From assembly GCF_963921235.1 (NCBI RefSeq), contig NC_086109.1, positions 15,192,001 to 15,256,000 of the forward strand: 64,000 nucleotides of DNA, read 5' to 3'. Below the pieces are notes generated by a model that saw only the letters and a list, made by a program, of their open reading frames with translations, was not told the origin of the DNA and did no database searches. Each line of letters starts with the position of its first letter. Position 1 is the stretch's first letter. This stretch comes from Mobula hypostoma. Lineage: Eukaryota. The translations under genes and the position numbers were made by a program. Positions 49,572 through 62,647 of this stretch are shown here, in pieces.

Positions 49572-49890
49572 TCATCATCATCATCATTATGTGCCATGTC
49601 ATATGACGTGGGCAATCATGGTCTCATGACCACGACTGTTCTTGGCAAATTCTTCCACAGGAGCAGTTTGCCATTGCCTTCTTCTGGGCAGTAGCTTTAC
49701 CAGACAGATGACCCCAGCCATTATCAATACTCTTAAGAGATTGTCTGCCTGGCGTCAGTGATCACATAACCAATAATTGTGATATGCACCAGCTGCTCAT
49801 ACGATCATCCACCATCTTCTCCCAAGTATGTCCTGCAGGCTTGCAGAGGGAAGGAGTGCCATACACCTCATTTAGTAGAGATATATCTCC
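49572..49890 (-). mobile_element. RTE-related non-autonomous SINE-like element
   Basis: Reverse complement has agaaggcaatggcaaac; (GAT)n tail; homologous to 60340-60890. Confidence 0.7.
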
Positions 49891-50378
49891 ACTCCTCTGC
49901 CTTTTATTTTGCATCGATGATTTTTAATTAAAAGTACTTCTCCTCCATTTCCCCCCTAGCTTCCTGTCCTTCCTAGATTTTGTCTACCTTTCAATATCTA
50001 GGTCCCAATCGATGTGTCTTGCAGCCATGTCTCTGTCATGGCTATCAAATCATCTTGATTTATTTCCGTTTGTGCTCTTAGTTCAAGCTTTGTTTTAGGT
50101 ACTCTGTGTATTCAGATGTAGCTTATTTAGGTTCATTATTTTATAATCTTTGTAGTTTTATTAATTTCAGCAAAGGAGGCTTATAGAGGTGTATAAATTC
50201 ATAGATAGGGTGAATGCATACAATGGTTTTATCAGTGTAAATGAAAACTAGAGGACAGAATCAGAATTAGGTTTCATGTCAGCTGGATATGTCATGAAAT
50301 TTGTTGACTTTGTGGCAGCAGTACAATGCAATAAATAATAAAAGAGAAAAAGAACTGTGAACTGTGTCTGAGTATATA

Positions 50379-50692
50379 AAAGGCATCTGTTCGTCTTGCG
50401 AGACCATGGATCTGCGCCTGGAAAGTCTTCACTCTCCAGGGCACAGGCCTGGGCAAGGTTGTATGGAAAACCAGCAGTTGCCCATGCTGCAAGTCTCCCC
50501 TCTCCATGACACCGATGTTGTCCAAGGGAAGGGCATTAGGACCCATACAGCTTGGCACCAGTGTCGCCGCAGAGCAATGTGTGATTAAGTGCCTTGCTCA
50601 AGGACACAACACGTTCCCTCGGCTGGGGCTTGAACTCACGACCTTCAGGTCACTAGTCCAATGCCTCAACCACTTGGCCACGTGCCCAACAC
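50379..50692 (-). mobile_element. tRNA-head CORE-like SINE (family of 27495)
   Basis: A and B boxes; TSD gtctgagtat (50366-50375, 50693-50702). Confidence 0.85.
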
Positions 50693-50992
50693 GTCTGAGT
50701 ATGTATGTGTGTATATATAAATATATATATTTACATTAAATAAGTAATTAAAGAAATAGTGCAAAAGAAATAAAAAAGTACTGAGGTAGTTTTCATGGGT
50801 TCAGTATCCATTTGGAAATTGGATGGCTGAGGGGAAGAAGCTGTTCCTGAATTGTTGAGTGTGTGCCTTCAGGCTTCTATACCTCCTTCCTGATGACAGT
50901 GAGAACAAGGCATGACCTGGATGGTGGGGCCCTCAATGATGGATGCTGACTTTCTGAGGTATCACTCCTTGAAGATGTCCTGGTTATCACTA

Positions 50993-51311
50993 AGGTGTCC
51001 ACTACTAAGGTGAGTGTGCACACATATCTTTTGCTACCAGCGCACAAAAGGTTGTCACCCTCTACCTTGTCAGCACGTTAAGTATATTTCACAATTGTAC
51101 ACAATCACATTTCTTTTTCCGGCTTCTGATGCGGACAGTATTGACAATGTGGAGTTTGCGATGATTTGTCTGCAGATTTTAGAACTGGCTTAATTATGCT
51201 GCCTTTATTGAAGAAATTATTCGGTGTGCACACATTGTTGTCTCCAGGCAAAAAATTGCGCATCACAGGATTTTTGCACACAGTGGTCATTGCAAAGCAG
51301 AGGGAACACTG
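50993..51311. mobile_element. Probable hAT-type MITE
   Basis: Right end agagggaacactg; degenerate left end; gtgtgcacac subterminal motifs. Confidence 0.4.
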
Positions 51312-52417
51312 GGGCTGGTAGCTCGAAGGGCCGAAAAGGCCTATTGAGTGCTGTATTTCAATAGATAAATCAATAAATAAATACCAAAGTCTGAACGCGC
51401 TTACTACCAGGCTTAAAGCTTCTATCCCGCTGCTTAAAGATGGCTGAACAGTCACCTGGTAAGATAAGATTGATCTTGATCTCCTCACAAGCTATGGCCT
51501 TGCACCCTATTGTTTGTCTGTAACTTTATCTTGTTATTGCTTTCCCTTGTACTACCTCGATGCACTGTTATAATTAAACGATCTGTGCAGATTGGCATGT
51601 AAAACAAAGTTTTTCTCTGTACTTCAGTACCTGTGACAACACTGGAACAATTTACTCATTCACTTTCCCAATTTACTTCCACTGCATGCTGTTTATCCTC
51701 CTGCTTGAATAGTTTTGCATCTTATTTGAAAATGGTGCACCCAACAGCACAATACTCCCTGGATAATATACCATCGGTGTAGATATTGACTCCGAAATCT
51801 GACAAGAATTTAAAATGAGATTATTAAGTATTTCCAGTAGCATTGGCTTTTTACCCAAACATAAATTAGCAGACTCAGGATGCAGGGGAGGAAAATATTT
51901 TCATAAAGTAATGGAAAAGCATTCACACTGCCTCTGGTAATACATCTCACTATAATATTGACCAATAAATAATACGTCTGCTTTTGTAATCTCTAAATTG
52001 AATAAGGTAGTGGGAATGAAAAAGCCTAAGGCTTTGGAAGTACTATATTACCAATTAAACAAATAAATAATAGATAGAATGGATTAACCACAATAATTAT
52101 TTTGTATCAAGTATGCAATTAAGTCCCACATGACATAGAATTTAATAACTCCTTTCTGTAAGAAAAGTGCCTGGGCATAAATATACCATAAATATTCTGT
52201 TACACATGAAAGCATTTGTAGAATAATTGATATTTATTAGATGATCCACGATGAAATTGGGAGAAAAAGTGGATTATTTAAAAAGAACATATACTATATG
52301 ACCATATAAAAATAACCCACACCAGTCCAATCAACCTGTCACATTTCCTCCTGATGTAGTTCTTGGAGCCATGTAGTCTTCGGTAATAGATAAAAACCCA
52401 GCCAATAGCAAAAAAAT

Positions 52418-53990
52418 ACAAACACGAGAAAGTCTGTCGGTGCTGGAAATCCAAAGCAACACACACACACACACACAAAATGCTGGAGGAACTCAGCAGG
52501 TCAGGCAGCATCTGTGGAAAAACGTAAACAGTCAACGTTTCAGGCCGAGACCCTTCTTCACGACTATGAGGGAAGGGGCGAGAAGCCTGAATTAAAAGCT
52601 GGGGGGAGGGGAAAGAGGCTAGGTGAAGGCAGGTGGGTAGGGAAGGTAAAGGACTGGAGAAGAAAGAATCTGATAGGAGAGGAGAGTGGGCCATAGGAGA
52701 AAGGGAAGGAGGGGAGCACCAGGTGGAAGTACAAGGAGGAGCATTGGAGAACCAATGGCGCCTAACAGTGACTCCTCTGCTTGCATCTTCAGAAGCAGCT
52801 CTATTGCCATCTTTAATATTTCTATTTTTCCCTTTCAGGGTTCTTTTGAAGACCCTGACCTGGACTTACACGTTGAATACGGTTCTTTGCAGGAATGGGA
52901 TCTGCTCTCGGGGGTTTCACGACTGGCCATTGTTCGGCACGCCAAGGGCGTGGCCTAAGAGCTCAGCTTGCCTTCAGAGGGCCGAGATCTCGTGACTCTG
53001 GAGGTGGGCGGATTGAAAGTCGGTGTCCGGGCAGGAGATCGGTGTGTTGTGGGAGATGGAAGATCTGAGCCTGTGTGGTCAGAGACCTGAGATCTTTGGG
53101 CACAGAGCTTGGAAAAAGCGACGCAACAGACTTTTAACATCATAAACGAGTGAGTTGTTTGTTATGTCTCCCCTCTCGCTGTGAAACGGAGACACTACTT
53201 TCTCCCTTATTAGGGAGGGGGGGAGAGAGAGAGAGAAGGGGAGAGAGAGAGAGAGAGCGAGAGAGAGAGAGAGAGCCTCTGGTATGTCGAATACTGGGTG
53301 AATGAGTAGTCTTTGGGGTACTGAAAGTCTGTGTCTTTGCTGTTGCTTTGCTGCATGCTTGAGTGGTTGGTGGTGGGTGCCAATACTTTTTTTTGCTGTT
53401 GTGGTAGGGGGATTGTTGCTTACTGCCGCTTACGCACAGGGGGACTTTGGGTTTCTAACATTTAACTGTCATTTATTCTTTGGGGGCACTCCTCTGTTTT
53501 CGTGGTTGGTTGTGAAGGAAAAGCATTTCAGGATGCATATTGTATACATTTCTCTGACATTAACTGCACCTTTGAAACCTTTGAAGTAATAGGCAGGTGA
53601 GAAGAAATAAAAGGTCACGGTGGGGAATAGAGAAAGGCAGGGGGAGGTTTTGTTCACCAGAAAGAGAAATCAATATTCATACCATCAGGTTGGAGGCTAC
53701 CCAGGCAGAACATAAGGTGTTGCTCCTCCATCCTGAGGGTGGCCTCATCTTGGCACAAGAGGAGGCCGTGGATTGACACGTCGGAAAGGGAATTGCACTT
53801 AAAATGTTGAGCCACCGGGAAGTCCACCTTGCGGCGGATGGGGTAGAGGTGCTCGACGAAATAGCCCCCAATGAGTCTCAACAATGTGGAGGACGCTGCA
53901 ATGGGTGTACTGGACAAAATAGCCAACCCCTGCAGATTCGCAGGTGAAGTGTTGCCTCACCTAGAAGGACTGTTTGGGGCCTTGAATGGA
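52418..53990 (-). mobile_element. Penelope-like 3' part (GIY-YIG, UTR, hammerhead at 52529-52566), split by an insert at ~52740-53586
   Basis: YFVEHLYPIRRKVDFPVAQHF..EEQHLMFCLGSLQPDGMNIDF; colinear with 44760-45470. Confidence 0.85.
52750..53586 (+). mobile_element. Non-autonomous LINE-derived element with (GA)n
   Basis: aatggcgcc start, CpG-rich 5' part, cctttgaaa repeat tail. Confidence 0.55.
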
Positions 53991-54314
53991 TCTGTAAATG
54001 AAAATTCAAATAACTGCAGAAGCTGAAATGTTGAAATAGCAGCAGAAAGCGCTGGAAAAACTCATCAAGCGAGGAAGTATTTGTGGAAAGAGAAACAGGG
54101 ATTACCTTTCAGGTCACAGAGCTTCTGTTACAGCTGGGAAAGAGATAACAGGAAAGATCATTTTCAGATGCAGAAAAGTTGGGACAAAGGATGGATAAGA
54201 CATAGAGAATATCTGTGATAGGGTGAGATTGGGCTAATGGGGCATTTAAAGGCTGATATTGAATCTCTGCCAATGTTATGTGTTTAATAATAATGAGAAT
54301 GGAAGATCCTACCA

Positions 54315-54870
54315 AAAGTAATGGATAAAGCCCAGTCTGCCACAGGTAAAGTCCTCCCCACCATTGAGCACATCTACACGAAACACTGTCGCAGGAAAGC
54401 AGCGTCCATCATCAGAGACCTCCACTGCTGCCACCTGGAAGAAGGTGCAAGAGCCTCAGGATTCACACCACCAGGATCAGGAATAGTTATTACCCCTCAA
54501 CCACCAGGCTCTTGAACCAAAGGGGATAACATCACTCAACTTCACTTGCCCCATCACTGAACTGTTTCCATAACCTATAGACTCACTTTCAAGGACTCTT
54601 CTTCTCATGTTCTCAATAATTTTTTGCTTGCTTGCTTGTTTGTTTGTTTGTTTGTTGATTGATTGATTGATTGATTGATTATTTCTTCTTTTTATATTTG
54701 CAATTTGTTGTCCTTGGCACTCTGGTTGAATGCCCAAGTTTGGCAGTCTTTCAATGATTCTTTCATGGTTATTATTCTATGTATTTATTGAGAAAGCCCA
54801 CAAGAAAATGAATCTCAAGGATGTATATGGTGACATACTTTGTCAATAGATTTACTTTGAACTTTGAACT
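54315..54870 (+). mobile_element. Rex1-type LINE 3' end
   Basis: LPTIEHIYTKHCRRKAASIIRD; tail atttactttgaactttgaac. Confidence 0.8.
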
Positions 54871-54959
54871 TAATATTAACAGGGCCGTGTGATGTGTCCA
54901 TTAGTACAGTTATTGATCAGTTTGCGCTAATGGGGAGAGACTAACTGAGTTAAAGTCAC

Positions 54960-55268
54960 AGATGGGTGTCTTCACACAGTGGAAATGGCCCATTTTGACA
55001 CCAATGACAGACAAAGTGAGGTACCTTAAGTTGGAGAACTCGGTACTGAGCTCACTCTTCCCAGATGGAAAATGAAGTGTTAGTTTTTCAAGCTAGTATA
55101 GGTGAATAGAAGGCCACAGCCAAATAGCTGAGGATGATTGACATTGGCCTGAAAGCTTAAAGTGGCAGGCAACTGGATGCTCAGGGATGCACCTGGACAG
55201 AACTTGCTAAGTAGTTACTCATCCCACATTCAATTTCTTCGTTGCAGTGGAGACCACACTGAGAACAA
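54960..55268 (-). mobile_element. Older Penelope-like GIY-YIG remnant
   Basis: Reverse strand gives CSQCGLH..PEHPVACHF. Confidence 0.5.
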
Positions 55269-55614
55269 CAAAATCATCTACAGCACTCCTCTCGATTTCC
55301 TCTGGGAAATGAAAACTGAACAACAGATCTCCTTGATTTAGAAATGCTTCTTGATCTCCATCTCATTCAGAACCATTTCCAATATATGTGCTGGCAACAT
55401 TCAAAAGGATCACATCTTCCAGGTACATTTGAACATCTGTATGCTTTTCTTGGAGCTTTATCACGGATTATTGACTAAGTAAGAAAAGTGAGGATGTTTT
55501 AAAGATTTATTCTTGTGCTGCTGGTAGTTTTCTCTCCCTTTACTTAATATACTGGACCTTTGAACACAAGCTTTCTCTCAGTTCTTAGGTGAAATTTTAA
55601 AAGATAAACACAAT

Positions 55615-55840
55615 AAAGTCTGCAGATGCTGGAAATCCAAAGCAACACACATAAAGTGCTGGAGGAGCTCTGTAGGTGAGGCAGCATCTATGCAAAAGAA
55701 CAATCATTCAACTTTTTGGGCCAAGATCTTTCTTCAGGTCCTGAAGGATGGTTTGGTCCAAAAGTTGACTGTTAATTCTCTTCAATAGATGCTCCTGAGT
55801 TCCTCCAGCATTTTGTGTGAGTATGTTGCTTTGAATTTGT
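55615..55840. mobile_element. Foldback (head-to-head) Penelope terminal element
   Basis: Inverted arms centred on ttcagg-t-cctgaa (~55733-55746). Confidence 0.75.
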
Positions 55841-56070
55841 TGAACACTTTTATTTGTTGGAGATGTGCTCAGAGATAATATTAAAATGTGACCCCAGCCC
55901 AAACTTAGGCTTGCATTGCAGACGTAGCAGCTCAGGTATTAACTCAGAATGCCGTAAAATGAAAGATTGCTTGATTATGTCATGTCTTCAATCTCCTCCA
56001 ATTTCAAAGAAAACAGAGGAGAGTTAAAATGCTAATATGCTGCGACATAAATGAATGATCAAGTACAGTA

Positions 56071-56607
56071 CACTCAGTGGCCACTTTATTAGGTACCTTC
56101 TCTATTAGGTACTCTGAGGGTATATTTGTGGTCTTCAGCTGCTGTAGCCCATCCACTTCAAGGTTTGATATGTTTGCATTCAAAGAGGTTCTACTGCACA
56201 CTGCTGTTGTAACGTGTGAATATTTAAGTTACCATCCCATTTTTGTTAGCTTGAAGCAGTCTGACCATTTTCCTCTTTCCTCTCTCATTAATAAGCCATT
56301 TTTGCCTACTGATGACATTTGCTTTTCACTCCATTCTCTGTGAACTCTAGAGACTGGTGTGCATGAAAATCCCAGGAGATCAGCAGTTTCTGAAATACTC
56401 AAACCTCCCCACCTGGCACCAACAAATAGTCCATGGTCAAAGTCACTTTGATCACTTTTCCTCCCCATTCTGAAGTTTGGTCTGAACAACAACTGAACCT
56501 CTTGACTATGTCTGCATGGTTTTATGTATTCATTTTCTAACCCATGATTGGCTGATTAGATCCCTGCATTAATGAGCAAGTGTACCTAATAAAGTGGCCA
56601 CTGAGTA
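56071..56607 (-). mobile_element. Non-autonomous Tc1-like element
   Basis: TA then ~25-bp TIRs (56071-56096, 56582-56607); MGRKSDQSDFDHG..GLSISETADLLGFS. Confidence 0.9.
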
Positions 56608-56977
56608 AATAGTTTCTATTGACCAACCTCTTGGATACCAGTAGCCATGAATGTGTGTGAGATGCTATCACAACATGTCAAGCCTTAAGTTTATTTTAAA
56701 TAAAAATCGATTTTTTTTGAGTTGCCCTTTCTCTTTCACAAATAGCATTAGGTTAAAGTTGCTGAACCATGTGGAGCAGATTAGAACTAAGTACAGTTAC
56801 TCCTAATGCAGTCGGTGCATTAAAAGGTCAATAGATCAATCTGAAAATCTCAAGAGAGTGAGTTAGAATCAGAATTAGGTTTAATATCACTGGCACTGTT
56901 GTGAAATTTATTGTTTTGTGGCAGTAGTACAGTGCAATACGTAAAAATACTATAAACTGCTACATATAGAGTATTTA

Positions 56978-57279
56978 AAACCAGTCGCTTTGGGCAGATG
57001 GGGCTCGTCAGCCGTCATGGGCAGCTCATCTAGTAGAAGGAAATCTCTGATCTCAAACATCCTTGCGGCTACACCCACTCACGGCGAAGGCTTCGGGAGT
57101 AAACCCCGAGGGGAAAAGATCCAGAGCTGGAGTCCCTAAGGTGGTCCTACGTTGAGTTCAATGCTGACGGGCAACTCCTGCGATGCTTCTGGTACCAAAC
57201 TGTATCAGTCTTTGCCGTTCCTTTGGGTTCATCGGATACATGGAGATGGGGAGCTTGCTACATGGGCAACAGCTTGCTC

Positions 57280-57282
<3 letters not shown>
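56978..57282 (+). mobile_element. RTE 5'UTR-like / non-autonomous RTE-derived element
   Basis: ctagtagaaggaaatctctgatctcaaac motif; 3' part shared with the body of the 27495/50379 SINEs. Confidence 0.5.
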
Positions 57283-57320
<38 letters not shown>

Positions 57321-57390
57321 ACACATACGTACACTCACACATATACTGTACACACATACACACACACACCTATATATACACAGACACATC

Positions 57391-57421
<31 letters not shown>

Positions 57422-57435
57422 GACACACACACACA
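57283..57435. repeat. (TG)n followed by degenerate (CA)n microsatellite
   Basis: Seen directly. Confidence 0.95.
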
Positions 57436-58284
57436 ATATAGTTAAATAAGTAGTACAAAAATGAGCAAAAATAGTGAGATGGTGTTCATTGTCCGTTTAT
57501 TAATCTGATAGCTGAGGGGAAGAGGCTGTTCCTGAATCATCGAGTGTGTGTCTTCAGGCTCTGGCACCTCCTCCCTGATGGTAGCAATGAGAAGAGGGCA
57601 TGTTCTGGATGATAGGGGAATTTAATGATGGATATCATGTTTTTGATGCATTGCCTTTTGAGGATGTCTTTGATGGTGGGGAGGCTCTTGCCCTCGGTGA
57701 AGCTGGCTGAGTTAGCAGCCGTCTGCAGCTTTTTCCAGTCCTGAGCAGTGGCCCGTCCATATGGGGATGCAGTCAGTTAGAATGATCTCCATGGTCACAC
57801 CTATAGAAATTTGCTAGAGTCCCTGGTAACATCCGAAGTCTCCTCAAACCCCTAATGAATGGAGGAAATATGGGTACGATGGAGAAATTAAATGCTTGCA
57901 TTAGCTCATCAGATAGACCCTTGCTCAATCTGCTGAAAATAAGCCAAATGTTCAAAAGTTTATGATATTTTAAGCATCAGTCGCAGGGCAAATCATGTTT
58001 CTGTGATCTTTTGTGCTTTCTTTTTAAGATATTTAATAAGATTTTAAATTGCTCCTGATAGCAGGAATGGCAATCTTCAATAAAACTAATAGCCCATACT
58101 GTGTTTCTGCTAATCTCTTGAAACTACACCCTGAGGAGCTGCTTAAAATTAACAAGTATTTTTTAGGCACAAGTAGATACATTTTACAAGATTTTATGTA
58201 TTTAAAAATATAATTGACTAAGAAACTGATTAGTTTATTCCAGTAAAGCTAAATGATAATTCTTTAAAATCATGTTTATTTAAA

Positions 58285-58820
58285 CTCACTGGAAACTCGG
58301 GCTTTTATCTTTGGAGCAAAGGAGATGAGAGGTGAGTTGATAGACGTGTACAAGAGGCACAGATGTAGTACATAGGTAGAGACTTTTACCCAAAGTGGAA
58401 ATGGCTAATAAGAGGGCCATCATTTTAAGGCAGCTGGCTAGTGATGTAGTGGCATCTGGGATGGACTTCGATGCGAGTAATCCACTTGGCTCCTTGCATG
58501 CTTTCCACTCGTGCTGGGTTGAGCGTTGAGCTAATAACTCGGCCTCGTAAAAAACAGATAAATGCTGAAGAAACAGCAAAGTGCCACCCGATGTGCCACA
58601 AGGCATGGAAGGAAAGAAGATAATTTTAAGGTGAGTGGAGGAAAGTATAGGTGGTAAGTTCAGAGCTGAGAGGTGGGTGTGTGGAACATTTTGCCAGGGT
58701 TAGGCAAGCACATAGATGGTAGAAAAATGGAGGGAAGGGTTAGATTGTTCTTAGAATACATTAAAAATGTTGGCACAACATTGTAAGTCAAAGGGCCTGT
58801 ACAGTGTACTGTTCTAGTTC
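58285..58820 (+). mobile_element. CR1 3' fragment with nested SINE
   Basis: gatgagaggtgagttgatagacgtgtacaag; CR1 tail. Confidence 0.7.
58431..58619 (+). mobile_element. Short tRNA-like SINE of a separate family
   Basis: 11/12 TSD at(c/a)attttaagg (58419-58430, 58620-58631). Confidence 0.6.
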
Positions 58821-59571
58821 TTTGAAACTTATTACTAATTATTACTCTTCATGCAAATACTATTTATAGCCTCAGAAATTAAGCTGCATTTGTTGCTGCA
58901 CTTAAAAAATGTCATATCCTGTTTTTACTATTGGACAAGGGAGGGAGGGGGGGTTGGAAATAAATTAATTACATTCTATTATCTTGTCTAATTGCTTTAG
59001 TTTGTGGAAGATTTGTCCATTTGTGATAATGCAAGAGAATTTAGGCAGAAGCTTGAATTATAATGATTGCTGTCTAAGACAAGTTTATGTATTGGCTCCT
59101 AGCGTTTTTACAGTAGATCTTTACAACTCATGCAGTATATCAAAGTGCATAGTTGTGAGGACTTAGAACATGGAACCTTACAGCAGAGTGCGTAACCTTT
59201 GGCCCATCATGTTTTGCAAACCCTTTAACCTACTCTAAGATCATTCTAAATCTTCCCTCCTACGTAACACTCCATTTTTCCATCATCCTTGTGCCTATCT
59301 AAGAGTTTCTTAAATATCCTGAATATATCTGCCTCTACCACCATCCCGGGAAGATGTTCAGAGTTCAAAGCAAGATTATTATCAATGTACATATATGTCA
59401 GCATGTGCGGCCCTGATGATTACTTTCTTGTGGGCACACGCAATAAATCCAATGGCCATTATAGAATCAATGAAAGACCTCATCATCAGGGCAGACAACC
59501 AGTGTGCAAAAGACAACGATCTGTGCAAATACAAAAGGAAATAATAATAATAATAATAATAACAACAATAA

Positions 59572-60335
59572 CACTTTTCTTTAAAATCCTGAAAAAGATC
59601 CCAATTTTTTGACAGAAGGTAAAACATATCTTTTATCTCAAAGTGAAATCACAAATGACCCATCAAAGTATCGTTGTACAGTATTACTTCTTTACAGACC
59701 ATACATAAAATTGTAACCATGCATCTCACAACTAATCACCACTCACTTAGATAACCACAATATACTTACAGAAGAGCAGAAAGGATGCTGGAAGGTATGA
59801 AAAGTTGTAAAGAACAACTCATAATGCAAACGTAGATTCTCCAATTCTAAATTAAGCCCAGAGGAAAAGCAGGAATCGTTCCTGTTGTTATACTTATTCT
59901 GTCCCACACTCATGGTTAATAGAAATACTTAATATATATAAACTACACCCAATACTTGTGAAATTCCTAGAACATCTGATGAGGCACAGGCGTACTATAA
60001 TCATCCTATGTATTAACAACCAGAAAAGAACAACCACCATTATCAAAATAAAACAAGACATTTTTTAGGGTGACTCTTTGAGCCAACTATGGTTTTGTCT
60101 TGCTTTAAACCCACTTCTAAATGACTGAATTGGAAGAAAATAGGGTATCAAATCAGAGACAACAAAACACATTCTATCTTGACGGACCTTATATACATGG
60201 TCGATTAGAAATTACACACTCATTAATTGCTAAAGCAATTAATCCAAATAATCGAACTGTTTTCAAAAGATATAAACTTGAACTTTGGACTAGATAAGTG
60301 CAGAGCATTAAACATAAAGAGAGGTACAAAAGGTA
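59572..60335 (+). pseudogene. R4/Dong (Rex6-like) clade retrotransposon RT fossil
   Basis: Manual translation across frameshifts: LTEGKTYLL..DPSKYR..EEQKGC..CKEQL..SVPHSWL..IF*GDSLSQLWFCLALNPL..LIYMVD*KL..FSKDINLNFGLDKC. Confidence 0.8.
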
Positions 60336-60339
60336 CAAC

Positions 60340-60890
60340 AGTTCCACCCCTCCTCCTGATAAGGGTCACATGAAGCCATGGTGGATGGTCCTATAAGCAG
60401 CTGGTACACATTGCAAGTCCTGGTTATGCGACCACTGCTGCCAAGCAGACCATCTCTGAAGAGTATTGATAATGGCTGGGGTCACCCATCTTGTAAAGGC
60501 ATTGCCCAGAAGAAGGCAATCGCAAATGCTTTACAGTACCAATGACCTGGGTTCATTTCCCACCATTGTCCATAAGGAACTTGTACGTTCTTCCTGTGAC
60601 TGCATGGGTTTCCTCCGGGTGCTACGGCTTCTTCTTGCAGTCCAATAATGTACCAGTTGGTAGGTTAATTGATCATTGTAAATTGTCCCATGATTAGGCT
60701 AGGGTTAAATCTGGGGTTGCTGGTTACATGGCTCGAAGGTTCAGAAGGGCCTACTTCATGCTGTATCTCAATAAATAAATAAGCCACTTCTGTAGAAAAA
60801 CTTGCAAACAACAATCATGGTCACAAGACTATGATCACTCACACCATTTGACATGGCACATAGCGATAATGATGATAATGATAATGAAGA
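60340..60890 (+). mobile_element. RTE-related SINE-like element split by a V-SINE (~60525-60781)
   Basis: gaaggcaatcgcaa|aagccacttctgtag continues across the insert; (GAT/AAT)n tail. Confidence 0.7.
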
Positions 60891-60914
60891 TCATAGCATT
60901 TAAGCTTTCAAACA

Positions 60915-61095
60915 TACTTCATTGATTCAAGTTTAGTCCGTAATTGCCACTTCACCCGTAAGATGGCTTTCTGGAGAACATATCTGGACTTTTTGTGACT
61001 TTTTTGGTCACCAGACTTGAATGCCTCTGATCTGGCCCTCAGCAGATTGCAGGTCTCCTGGTTCATCCAGGGCTTCTGGTTGGAGAAGTTGCTGA
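60915..61095 (-). mobile_element. Rex1-type LINE internal fragment
   Basis: FSNQKPWMNQE..LLRARSEAFKSGD. Confidence 0.75.
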
Positions 61096-61099
61096 ATGA

Positions 61100-61915
61100 C
61101 ATGCAACACACCCACCATTCTCTTCATAAAAACCCTGCCTCTCACAACCCCCATATACTTTGTCTCCAATTTCCTTAAAATTATGCCCCCTCGTATTAGC
61201 CACTTCCGATCTCAGAAAAGTCTTTGGCTATCCACTCTATCTTTTCTCTGTATGATCTTATACGCCTTTATCCAGTTGTCTTTCATCCTCCTTCAATCCA
61301 AAGAGAGGAGCCCCAGCTCACTCAAGGTTTCCTCATAAGACATGCTCTCACATGCTTTTAGCTTGTGAGATAAGGCGACCATTAAGTGGATCCAAAATTC
61401 AGCTTCCTACACAATCACAGAAGATCATAGAAATCTATAACACATTACAGGCCCTTCGGCCCCCAATGTTGTGCCACCCACGTAACCTACTCTAGAAACC
61501 GTCTAGAATTTCCCTACTGCATAGCCCTCTGTTTTCCTAAGCTCCATGTACCTATCTAAGAGTCTCTTAAAAGACCCCATTGTACTTGCCTCCACCACCT
61601 TCGCTGGCAGTGCATTCCACACACCCATCACTCTCTGTGTAAAAAACTTACCTCTGACATACCCCTTGTACTACTTTCAAGCACCTTAAAACTATGCCCC
61701 TTTGTGTTAGCCATTTCAGGCCTGGGGAAAAAGCCTCTGACTATCCACACGATCAATGCTTCTCATCATCTTCTACACCTCTATCAGGTCACCTCTCATC
61801 CTCCGTCACTCCAAGGGAAAAAGACCGAGTTCATTCAACCTATTTTCATAAGGCATGCTCTCCAATCCAGGCAACATCCTTGCAAATCTCCTCTGCACTC
61901 TCTCTACAGTATCCA
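61100..61915 (-). mobile_element. Two CR1 3' fragments (61100-61350, 61425-61915)
   Basis: Reverse complement of the 18500-18980 CR1 type. Confidence 0.8.
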
Positions 61916-62107
61916 CAAGATATGGAAGATATTTTACGACCGCTTTGTCTTGAGAGTTTTCTCAAGATGTTCCATTGCTTGCAATAGCAGTACTAGATAA
62001 GAGTTGCTGCTTTAAGAGTTTTGTCTATGGTGGAACATCTTGCAGCTAACTCATGTTTACATGCTTCTCCCAATCAAAGGTCAAGGATCGAATCTATTTG
62101 CCTTTTA

Positions 62108-62647
62108 CACTCAATAGCCACTTTATTAGGTACACCTGCACACCTGCTCGTTAATACAAATATCTAATCAGCCAATCATGTGGCAGCAAATCAATGTATG
62201 AAAACATTCAGACACAGTCAAGAGGTTGAGTTATTTTTCAGATTAAACATCAGAATGGGGAAGAAATGTGATCTGAGTGACTTTGACGATGGAATGATTG
62301 TTTGTGCCACATGGGGTGGTTTGAGTATGTCAGAAGCTGCAGATCTCTTGGGGTTTTCAGGCACAAGAATGTCTAGAGTTTACAGAGAAGGAAAACAAAC
62401 AACCAAAAAAAAAAAACCACCCAGTGAGCAGCAGTTCTGTGAGCCAAAATGCCTTGTTAAAGAGAGAGGTCAGAGGAGAATGGCCAGACTGGTTCAAGCT
62501 GATAGGAAGGTGACAATGTGTTACAACAGTGGTGTGCAGAAGAGCATCTCTGAACATACAACACGTTGGACCTTGAAGTGGATGATCTGCAACAACAGAG
62601 GACACTCAGTGACTACTTTATTAGGTATAGGAAGTGCTTACTGAGTG
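62108..62647 (+). mobile_element. Non-autonomous Tc1-like element
   Basis: TA on both flanks; MGKKCDLSDFDDGMIV..EAADLLGFS (paired-like HTH). Confidence 0.88.

Noticed and set aside
50610..50690. tRNA gene (also 27500-27570)
   Set aside because: SINE head with body and TSD; no full cloverleaf
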